DNA of 64,000 nt. It comes from Octopus bimaculoides. Taxonomy: Eukaryota. The stretch covers positions 10,358,075-10,422,074 of the forward strand of contig NC_069000.1 in assembly GCF_001194135.2 (NCBI RefSeq), written 5' to 3'. Below, in pieces: positions 12,707-24,745 of this stretch. A program made the translations under genes and the position numbers. Position 1 is the stretch's first letter, and each line of letters starts with the position of its first letter. The notes beneath the pieces were generated by a model. The model ran no database searches. It saw nothing but the letters and a program-made list of their open reading frames with translations, and was not told the DNA's origin.

Positions 12707-15700
12707 ACAGATGAGTGATAAATCTGCCCTTGATAGGGTAGGTCACCAATCTCTCTGTGGGTAACCTCCTAACAATTGCGCTAAGATGAGGTATGTAGAT
12801 ATAAGCATACCCAACAACACAAAATGAAATGCTGGAAGATTTATTGGTAACAGTCAATCACAGGAGAATTAATTATAAACTAAAGAACAAAATCATAGAT
12901 GTTATGTTGCATTCCAGAATAAAAGAATTTCATTCCTGCCAACTAAACAAAATAAAATATTTATTGTAGTTAGGGAAAAGTCTTTGATGCAATAAACTTC
13001 AGTTTCCATTTAGTTTCCCAGAAACAAAATGGAGGTTTAGCATTGCAAGAAGTAAGTAATCCTATGAGTCATCCATCAGTATGCTTCCTATTACAATTCC
13101 ACCGTAAATTTCAAGCATATTGTTCTTAAGATTTAGGGTTTATAATAACACAGGGATCATTTTCAATGACAATAAAGAATTTGTTGATAAAAGATTTGGC
13201 AGTTATATTGAACTGGTGAAAGAGACTACGTACAAGTTCCACTTGCTGGATGATGTTGTCAATGATAACGGTGGTGCAATTAGTGCTTATCTGGTATGCA
13301 TTAAATTCTTTTAATACCAAGTAAACCTTCTGTAAATTCCAGAGCATGTTAAGGAGACAGTTGCTGGTCAGGTGCATCTTCTTATGACAATGGTTGACAC
13401 AGAACCTCTGATGTGCAGTTACAAACCAATAGGTCAATATGTTAATCGACATTCTAGCAACTAGGACAGCAAATTCAATTTACTTCCCTGCTTTTGATAA
13501 TACCCAGACAACAAACCAACAAAGCATATTTGGAATAATATCGATTGTATCCTTTACAAGAATGTGCATTGCAATTTAATCTATAGAAACTGCATGATGC
13601 CATCACATAAACATTGATCAATCTTTGGGGAGAAAATATGTTTGACACCTTAAGGAAGTTTGAATACAGATAATCTAATAAAGGGTTAAATCCTTGTAAC
13701 AAACAAACGGTCGAAGCAAATTTATCATATGTTTTATCATAAGATGGGAAAAGTTGCAGTTATGATGGGGGGCAGGAGTAGAAAAAACAAAAAAAAGATA
13801 TTTTATCAACGTATCTGATACGGTGAAAGTAAAGTTGAAATAACAAGTAATATCTGTCTGATATCATTAATAGTAACAAACTGGTTGATATTACTGAAAT
13901 GACAAACTGTCAAACATTGCCTGCCTCATTTAAATTGAAGAACTGCAAGACCATCTTTGTCTCATCCAAATAAACTGAAATTGACAAACTGTCAAACATC
14001 CTTTGTCAGATTAGAGAAAGAAAATCTATCCTATCTATGAAAATTTATTATCTCTATTTTTCTCTCTATATACACACACACATATATATATCAATGAAAA
14101 TTTTTGACAATTAGCACCTTAAAAGAAAACAAGACTACACACTTGCTAAACCTGTTATATATAGAAATTAAATCTCTCCCAAATTATAGGTATGTTTTGG
14201 CACAGCCATTTTGGTATTGCTGGTGTGACACTGATTTGATATTAAACATCTTAATCTTTCTCTCTCTCTCTCTCTCTCTCCTTTTGTGTGTGCACATATT
14301 TCTGCGTAAGAGGAGAATAGCAAACAAAGATTGATCTCTCTCTCTCTCTCTCTCTCATTTATTCTATCAAGCTGTGCATATTTTTGCATGTGCATGCACG
14401 CATGTATGTGTCTCTTTGTCTCTAGCACCAAAATGTCTTGTACAGCCAGCTGTGCTGGGTCGTCTTTGTCCAAACATCAGCACCACGTCATCTCATACCG
14501 TCAAATTATACTTTGGTGTCAACACTGGATAATAAACTTGCCCTACATATATATTCAACACCATTTAACATCCTTTTTCTATGTTGGCATGCTTCAGAGG
14601 GTTTAACAGGATCTAACAAACTGCAGGTATGGCAAGAATGTCTTTGATAAGAGTGTCTGCATGATAAGGGACAAACTGAGGTTTTAAAAACATAGAAATG
14701 AAATAATAATTTCAAGCTTTGATGGAAAGAAACAAATGTAGTTTATTCAGAGACAAGCAAACAAATTACACTTATAAAATGTCTGTTATAGAGTCATTGT
14801 TCTAAACTGGTATAAACTTGCTCATTGCAGAAGCATATCTTTACAGTTGGGTGCTTTTCTTTTAAATAACCACGTTGACTATAAAGCAGGCATGGAAAAA
14901 CAGCTAATCAAGCAAATAGTGACAGGTGACCAAAGATACTTGGTTCACCTGCATGCACACAATACAATGGCTGGAGTAAGATTTGAACTCAAAAAACCAT
15001 GTCATCAGTTATGCAGTAGTACCACCTAATAACTGTAGTACATCAGCACATTAATCATACAAAATATTAATATGGTAGTTAACATTCCTCCTCCTTCACC
15101 CCAGAGTCTGAACGAACATCATCATTTTCTCCAATAAGATTAACACTTAATTTACATTCATGTATTCAAATTGACAGCAACTATTTCAAATAAGTTTAAA
15201 TTGTTCGTCTCTCTTGTTAAGCATATCATCATAATTTAACATTTGTTTTCTTAACTTTTGCAAGAACTGGTCAAAACTTGCTCAGTGCATTATTACAGAG
15301 TTTTGTTATTTCCTTTCATGAAGTTCAGTTTCCCCCATTCGTCTTCTTTGGTCTTTCTCTTCTTCTGTGTGGGTTAAGAAGCTCACATTGCAACCACTTG
15401 GTTTTAAGTTCAGTTCCAACTCTTGACAACTCGGCCAAGTGTCTTCTATTATAGTTTTTAATTAATCATGCCATTATCTTGTAGCTTCAAGATTTCAATG
15501 ATGTGACTGTTTATTTTCACAACATTGTAAGGTAGGTGTGACTTGTTGGATCTGACTAGTCCGAGCATAAAAGACACAGAATATTTTGTCCAGATATGGC
15601 CAGTTTAAATGCTAGAGGTTTAAACAACTAAATACAAAATGTTTCAGACTGATGTGTGCACATGCACACACACACACACACACACCAAGATATTAAAAAA

Positions 15701-17329
15701 AAACCCAACAATGATGGTGATGATGATAACGATGACATTGAAAACGATGATGCAATGATGGTAATTATTCATCATAATCCTTTATTTGTCACAAAGGTAA
15801 TCCTTAATAGAAGAGTACTATTTAATATGAGATGGTTCTAATAACACACTGCATGTAGTTGTAGTGGCGGTAGTAGCAGCAACAGTAGTTTTAGTAAAAG
15901 TAGTAGCAGCAAGGGGAGGGGAAAGGATGGGAGGGTCGGAGGCATGAAAGAAAGGGAAAAGTCAATACTGTTTGTTTTGTTTTTGTATTTCCTTTTCTCT
16001 TTTTACTCAGTATGTGAGAAACTACGAAGGCTTTTTGATTATATCTAGGTCTAATTTTAAAGGATGAGATGTGTGTAACAACTGAACGGATTTTTAATAG
16101 ATTGTATGCTAGCAAATGGTGTGACTTCAGACCATAAATTTCCTTTCTTTAATTAAAGAGAAGAAGCTTTCATTTTAGATTGCTGGTGTTGATCAAAGAA
16201 TAACAGGAAGAACAAAAGCAAAAAAGCAACAAAATAAACATTTTTTTAAAAATTTTAAATAATAACAAAATAATAAAAATAAATCTATACTAAAATTCTC
16301 ACTTCATTACAAAACTTATTTTGTAAAATAAAATAGGACAAATATAGAGTAAAAAAAAAGAAAATATAGTAATTATTAGAGAGCTTTAATGTCAAATTAT
16401 AATTGTGCAAAATGGAAGCCTACATTACAGGAAGGGTTGGGGACCTCCATTTTGAGAAGAGTTCTTTACTAACTCCAGGCAAATTAAGCAAAATGGATGC
16501 AATATTGGACTACACCATATACTACTCCATGGGTTATGAGTTCAAATCCATTATAAACATTTTGATATGACCCTGGGCAGTCTACATAATAATTTGACAT
16601 ATATCAGCCATCCACTCACTACTTTTAGGTAGTCACTCAACCTGCAAGAAATGGCAACCAAACCTCCCTCAAATTAAACCTGACTGCCTTACACCAGAAG
16701 GGACATATTAAATGGTCATAAATCCCCTTAAAAATGATGGAATGGATGATCAGGGCTTAAATGTTTATGATCAAAGCTTTACTCTTTTACTTGTTTCAGT
16801 CGTTTGATTGCGGCCATGCTGGAGCACCGCCTTTAGTCAAGCAAATCGACCCCAGGAATAAGTATCAGACTTTAAAAAAAAAAATACTGGTGGGGAGGGT
16901 GGGGGGTTTGGGGATTTGTTTGACTAAACTCTTCAATGCAGTGCTCCAGCATGGCCATAGTCCAATGATTGAAACAAGTAAAAGATGAAAGATATTACTG
17001 GAAGAACTACTGAGATTGGCAACAAATTCTATAACATAATTCATAGAACTTTACATCAAATGGCAAGGTTTTCTCTCTCTCTATCTCTCTCTCTCTTCAA
17101 AGATGTCAGTGCAACAAACCTTCTGTTGGTTGTTACATGTACAAAACTTGACTTCAAAATAACAATACACACACACACATGTATGCATGCACATACACAT
17201 ACATGTACACATACATGTACACACACGCGCACACGCACACACACACACACATTAAAGCACATATTTTTTTCATGAAACACAAGAAAACTAGCAGAAAGTC
17301 ACGTGCATCTACCATATAAAACATTCTAT

Positions 17330-17371
<42 letters not shown>

Positions 17372-20300
17372 CCATTTCTCAAGCATACATGCATACACAA
17401 ATACATGTATACATACAGACATATATACATATAAACACAGACACACAAACAAACATATATAAAAGCTAATGGCAGATAAAGTGGTTGTAGAGAAAAGATC
17501 AAATTAGTTTTCTTCCAGTAGATGGCATTTTGATTCATCAATATTATAAGGAATTCCATTAATAAGAAATTAGCCCACCCCAATCACCCAACCACAACAC
17601 ACAATAATTGCAGCTAACGGGCACGTCCGGGAACATTACTATTAGCAACGAGGTATAATATAAATTGCTAACTAAATTTAATAACAGCAAGATTACAAAA
17701 CCAAAACGATTGCAAACACACATTCAACATAAATAAGGTTAGGGAACAGAATCGACTACAAAGAAGAGTTAACCACAACATATGAAAGCTTTTTCAAACA
17801 AGTATTCATTTGCCATTTTCAAAAGAAATTAATCCATTCTGGTCCATAAGGATCCATACAGCCAGATCCTAATTTCAGTTTTTGTAGTATTAAATAGATT
17901 AGGGAACAAAATATTCCTTGTTGTGTGATGCTCTTTTTCTTGTATGGACAAAATGAAGCCATCACCGTAAATTAAACTCACTACAATGTTTGCTTGTTGC
18001 TGCTGCTTCTAGTGGTGAACTCAAACTGCACATTGTATCTACCTGGGGTTGGGTTGGGTTGGTGTTTAGTTCCATGTCAGCCATAATTGAGCAATTCCTA
18101 TGATCTGCCATCAAAGACATTCCGGCCATGACTATCCTGTCCTTTCATTTGTGAAAGACGCATGGATTAGTGGTAAGGGGTGTTCAGATCATGATTGTAA
18201 GGTCACGCGTTCAATACCCAACAACATGTCATGTCCTTAAGCAAGACACTTTACTTCTCATTTTTTTAGTCCACTCAGGTGGCAAAATGAGTAGTACCAG
18301 TATTTCAAAGGGTCAGCCATGCCACACTGAATCTCCTCGAGATCTACATTAAGGGCACATGTGTCGATGGAGTGCTCAGCCACTTTCACCTCATCAAAAT
18401 CATGAAGCTACAAGACAATGCATAATTAATTCGAAACGTGTAAACATAAGCATTGCATTGGACAGAATAATCCGAATGCTAAAGAGTTAAAAAAAAAGTA
18501 CTGGAGTTCGTTTATTTGACTGAATTTCTTCAAGGCGGTGCCCCAGCATGGCCTCAATCTAATGACTGAAACAAGTAAAAGAATAAAAGAATATGTAAAT
18601 TGTTATTTTGTTTTAACACTATACGTTTTTTAGATATTTGAAGTTAAAGCTTTTTGTTGTAGTTTTTGCCTATTTAGAAATTGGGAGTGTAAGCTATATT
18701 TCTTTTGTAACAAAAATATATATTATGAACTAAAGGAAATCTTCAAAGAAAACAAATATGGATAAAAAAAATAATAATACTGAATGCTATGTTAGTGTCA
18801 TCTAAAAAGTTAATTTTGGAAACCAATTAAAAATTCTTCTCTGATAAATGAGCCAATTAAGATAAATTATGTATATGAAAAAAAAGGAAAAGAAAATTTA
18901 TAATGATATTATGCTTCAATTGCTGGCATATCTAAAATTTTCTACATCAAAAGATTACCATTTTGATTCTTGCTAAGGGCGGAGAGCTTGCAGAATGATT
19001 GGTGCGTCAGACAAGATGCTTGGTAGCGTTTCTTCCAATTCTTTGCACCTAGAGTTCAAATCTCACCAGAGTCAACTTTTCTTTTCGTCCTACTGGTATC
19101 TATAAAACAGATACCAGTTGAGCACTGGAGCTGATGTAATCAAGTGAATTTGAACTTAGAACGTAACGGCAGACGAAATACCGCTAAGCGTTTCACCAGG
19201 CATGCTGACGTTTCTGCCAGCTCACTGCCTTTAACTGCTAAAATATTGAAGTAAGTGATATTAGATATTATAAAATTTAATTTTGAGACAGGAAAGAGCA
19301 TCAGGTTCATGTTATTTCCTTTCTTAAATTGGGGCTTATAACGTTTAATACCATTGAGCTAAAATTTTAACAGTTAATTTGTAATTAGTTTTTTGTTAAT
19401 TGTCAAGCCTTTTATAGCCATTCACACTCAAACCTTCAAAAAATTCCTGCACTTCTCAATTTCAAAATATGGCCTCACACACCCCATAACATCTTGGGCA
19501 AGTTCCATTCCAATTCCAAAAATTGGAACATTTATTCTTTTATCTTGCTTCAGTCATTTGACTGCGGCCATGCTGGGGCATCACCATGAAGGGTTTTAGC
19601 AGAATGAAACAACACTAGTGCTTATTCTATAAGTCTCTTTTTCCAAACAACTAAGTTACAGGGACGTAAACAAACCAACATCGGTTGTCAAGCAGTTTCA
19701 GTTTCAAACCTGAAGCTTCTAATCCACAAAGCAATTGTCTTAAATGTACAGCCATACCTGTTTAATACCAGTACACTAATTCCTACCAAAAACATCTCGT
19801 TTAACTCCATCAGTCAGGAAAACTTCTTTATACACACTTGTCGTTCTATTGTGCTTTTTTTTTTTCTGTTAAAGGTTTGGAAAGAGGGGAAGAAGGGTGA
19901 GGTGTGATAGAGGTTNNNNNNNNNNTTTATTATCATGCTTAGAGATATAATTAATGTAGCTCTTTAAAACACATTGAACTTATTGACAGTGCATAGAATC
20001 TTTCATTAAAAACAAAAAAAATAGAAAAATTTTTTTTTTAAATTTTTAGATTTAAAAATAATAACAATAATAATAATAATAACTAAACAAAGAAAGAAAG
20101 AAAGAAGAAAGTACAGCAATATAAATGAAAGAGAAAGAAACCTGTCTTTTAAAGTCAGCAAATTTTAACATGTAGATTTTTACAAGAATAATATTGATTT
20201 CCTAACGAATAAAAACGTTAAAACATTATAATTTACAGCTGGTTTCATAATCCAAACAATGTTTCTCCCCCTTCCCTCCCCCTCTCTCATTCTATGTATA

Positions 20301-20682
20301 TATCTTCTGATAATTTTCAGTTTGTTTGTTTTTTTGTTAGTTTTAGTATTTATATTTTATATTCGATGTTTTTTTATTTATTTTATTATAATTTCAATTC
20401 ATTTTTATTTTATTTTATTTTATTTTATTTTATCTCCCTTTTGTTTCCAAATGTCACTATCAATAATTCTCATTTCGGTAAGAGAATCAAAAGCTGAGCA
20501 ATGGACCATCTGAAAATTATTAATTAAATCTTGTCTCTATCTCTCTCTTCCACTTACAATGGCTATCATCATCATCATCATCATCATCATCACCACAGCC
20601 ATCACCAGCTAATGCAACAGGCACAAAGACAATCTATTGATAATCCAACTGCAATTACTTGGGAAAAAAATCTGTGATCGGT

Positions 20683-20690
20683 GTGTGTGC

Positions 20691-20721
<31 letters not shown>

Positions 20722-20740
20722 TATATATATATACATACAC

Positions 20741-20771
<31 letters not shown>

Positions 20772-20832
20772 TATATATTTATACATACACATATATATAT
20801 ATTTATACACATATATATATATATATATTTAT

Positions 20833-20878
<46 letters not shown>
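20683..20878. repeat. Compound (AT)/(AC) microsatellite
   Basis: Directly visible. Similar tracts at 21029-21075, 21586-21641, 28296-28388 and 36504-36566. Confidence 0.95.
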
Positions 20879-21034
20879 GAATGATAAAAAGTATATCTAG
20901 GTATATATATTTGGTAATACTAAGAAAAATACGAAAAACATAACCACGCACATAGATATATCCACATACAGGTATTCACATAAAAATATATCATCATCAT
21001 CATCATCTTACATATTGTGTGTATGCATATATAT

Positions 21035-21080
<46 letters not shown>

Positions 21081-21582
21081 GTATGTATGCATATATAGGC
21101 ATATGTGCCTATGTGTATATTTATATGTGCGCACATGTGTGTGTGTGTGTGTAAGGCTTTGTGTGTATTTCTACATGAATCAGAACCAAAGCTTAATCTA
21201 CTTGTCAATAATCATATTAACTTAGCAAGACTTCTCAGTGAAGGATTAACATGAAATCCTATTTCAGTCTGGGTATTTATTTTAGCTACAGCTCCAAACC
21301 TGTATAACATCCACCACTCTCACCACCACAACACAGAGCTCCAGTTGTATGTAATCTGTGTGGTTAACATACGCATTCCTCTTTCTTTTTTATTCCATAC
21401 AATAGATTCCTCACACACACACACACATGAAAACAGTATTTTTTGTTGAGGATAAGACAGTGGGGGGTCCACCATCCTGTGTTTTCAGAAAAGAATAAAA
21501 TGGTTGTTGTAATGTTCAAATCTTTATGGTTCATCCTCAATACTCCAAAGAGACCATAGGACCAGGTTTGACAGTTTCTTTG

Positions 21583-21642
<60 letters not shown>

Positions 21643-21853
21643 TGCCCTACTCTTCGAAACGCCTGTGTTAGAATGGGGTAGCTGATGAAGGAGATGTTCT
21701 CTATGTGGCCTGTATGTTTTCTGTACTCGTTTATCATTTTGTCTATGTTTTATTTACAATGTCCTGTACCCAGATATGCATCTATATATACAGGTAGATG
21801 TAAGTATGTACATACATGTACGTATATATGCATATACTCATTTATCATTTGTA

Positions 21854-21888
<35 letters not shown>

Positions 21889-23329
21889 CGTAGGAGTGGC
21901 TGTGTAGTAAGTAGCTTGCTTTGAAACCACATGGTTCCGGGTTCAGTCCCACTGCGTGGCACCTTGGGCAAGTGTCTTTGGTAGAAGGAAACTGAAAGAA
22001 GCCCGTCGTATATGTATGTAGACAAATTAGTGGGTTAATTAGGTTGAGTTTTGTATGTGAAATACAACTGTTCTGAATATGTTGGGAGGGGGGGCTGAGG
22101 AATGTGGCCCGGGTGCCAAGAGGGCAGCAGCCCCAAAAAGTTTGGGAATCACCAATTTAAACAAACCATATCTGGATTAAATATTCCACCTGTTCTATGT
22201 TCAAATCAGCAGGATCTGGCCTTTCACGCCTACCCTACAGTGGTATTCTAAAAATAAACAAATCATACCATCGTAATCTCAAAGCAACAAGATAATGCAT
22301 GATTAATTCAAAATAATGTAAATAAATATGCATCACATTTGACAGAATAATTTGAATTTTTTGCCTGTCTAGTGCATCACATGCAATACACAGGACATAT
22401 GTCCATGGCTTCTATTTATCATATAAGATAACACATTCCTAATGCGTTTCTTTTTTTTTTTTTCAACTACTGGAGTAACACGAGACTTATGAAAGGAAAA
22501 CTTTATATTTCTCAGAATGTATGGAAGAAGGTTTTAACCAAAAGTCTGAAAATAAACATGGGAATTTAGAATAAGCTGATGAAAATGCTTTGGACAAGCA
22601 AATAGTTAAATTAGTCCCTTACTCCTTAAAACAAAAAAAAAACTGAGATGGGCATGGCTGGTATGCTCGCTATCTCACAGGGGTCTGCCCTATCACAACT
22701 GGCCTGGTTCTATTTTGCTCCTNNNNNNNNNNNNNNNNNNNNNNNNNNNNNNNNNNNNNNNNNNNNNNNNNNNNNNNNNNNNNNNNNNNNNNNNNNNNNN
22801 NNNNNNNNNNNNNNNNNNNNNNNNNNNNNNNNNNNNNNNNNNNNNNNNNNNNNNNNNNNNNNNNNNNNCCACCACCACCCACCCACACACACACCCACAC
22901 CCACACCCACACCCACACACACACACACACACATACAGCAAGAAGCATTAAATGCTGGAACATGTGCCAAGAAAGAAGGAGGCAAAGATAAAGACTGAAT
23001 GCCAGGTGGGATACAGCAGATTCAACCCACATCTGGCTAATTTCATTATACAATGACATCTGGTACTTTACCATCTTACTAATTTGTTTTTCCATTGCTC
23101 TCCCCCCACCCCTGTTTACTTGTCTTATACAGAGACTGTATCTAATTCTTTAGATTATGAACATAATGAGACACTGCATTCCTTCAAGGGATTAACTTTA
23201 TATATTATTTTCATATATATATACATTGCTAGAAATAAGAGTTAAAATACTCAATGCTGTGTGTGTGTGTGTATGTATATATCATCATCATCGTTTAACA
23301 TCCGCTTTCCATGCTAGCATGGGTTGCCA

Positions 23330-23545
23330 ATCCATCACAGCGTTACAAGAAACAGGAAGAAAGAGTAAGAGAAAGTTGGCGCGAAAGAGTACAACAGGGG
23401 TCGCCACCACCCCCTGCCGGAGCCTCGTGGAGCTTTTATGTGTTTTCACTCAAAAAACACACACAACGCCCGGTCTGGGAATCGAGACCGCGATCCTCCG
23501 ACCGCAAGTCCGCTGCCCTAACCACTGGGCTGTTGCGCCTCCATG
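23330..23545 (-). mobile_element. Fourth tRNA-derived SINE (tggaggcgcaacagcccagtggttagggcagcgg...ggtctcgattcccagaccgggcg)
   Basis: Clear A and B boxes on the minus strand followed by a non-tRNA body. Confidence 0.75.
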
Positions 23546-24216
23546 TATAAGCATATAGATATTTAATTTATACTCACACACACACACAAATATTACTTGA
23601 GATCCTCTTCAGACAGTCCCTGTTTTAGTGGGGCTCCAGAGGCATATGAGCAATGGCATGATCCTCCAACTCATCAAGGGCGGCAGTCACTTCGAATAAG
23701 AACCAACTCAAGCCAGGACCTCTTATCAAACCCATATCAACCCATGTTAGACAAATGGCACTTCCTTGAACCTAAATCTGACCAGCAAATCTTGAATCTC
23801 CTACAACTTCCTCGGCTTACGACCGTGTCTAAGTTGTATCATGAAGTCACCAATTACTAAGCCCACGCTGATCGTGTGTATTTGAGTCTGCCCTTGTCTA
23901 GTTCAATCATAATTAAAAAGAAATTTAGCTGGTGTATAGTTCATGTGTGCATTTATACACACACAGAATTATTAGAAAGATTAGGATAGTTTAAAATGAC
24001 TAAGGCAGCAGAACAAGGGATTATATATATATTAAAGTATGTAATTTCATTCCTACTTCTTCAGACTAAGGATCAGTCAACATACCACTATTATATATCA
24101 GTGTTGATCCAAACAACTATACCTGTTGTCCATAAACATTGCTTTTTCTACCTACCACATAGACAAAAGCACACCACCCACACATATTTACAATGCCAAA
24201 TTTGAGAGGGGGGAGT

Positions 24217-24255
<39 letters not shown>

Positions 24256-24354
24256 ATGTGAATATCCACAAGCAAACAGAGCAAGCCTCTATATAGTTTG
24301 CTCAACCTGCTAGAAACAGTAGCCAAATGCCCCTCAAATTATGTGGTCTCCACA

Positions 24355-24745
24355 ATTCTTTTATTTGTTTCAGTCATTTGACTGCAGCCATGCTGGAGTA
24401 CCACTTTTTAGTCAAACAAATCGACCCCAGGACTTATTCTTTGTAAACTTAGTACTTATTGCATCAGTTTCCTTTGCTGAACCACTAAGTTATGGTGACA
24501 TAAACACACCAACATCAGTCATCAAGTGACGATAGGGGGACAAACACAGACACAAAGACACATGCATAAATATATATATACAACAGGCTTCTTTCAGTTT
24601 CTGTCTACTAAATCCACTCATAAGGCATTGGTTGGCCCGAAGCTAAAGTAGAAGACACATACCCAAGGTGCCACACAGTGGGACTGAACCCAGAACCACG
24701 TGGTTAGGAAGCAAGCTTCTTACCACACAGCCACACCTGCGCCTA
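24355..24745 (-). mobile_element. SINE family B, full length
   Basis: Full reverse-complement match with CpG to TpG/CpA decay. Confidence 0.85.

Noticed and set aside
19420-19530. Protein-like NVPIFGIGMELAQDVMGCVRPYFEIEKCRNFLK on the minus strand
   Set aside because: It abuts a SINE tail with no splice acceptor, and I recognise no homologue.
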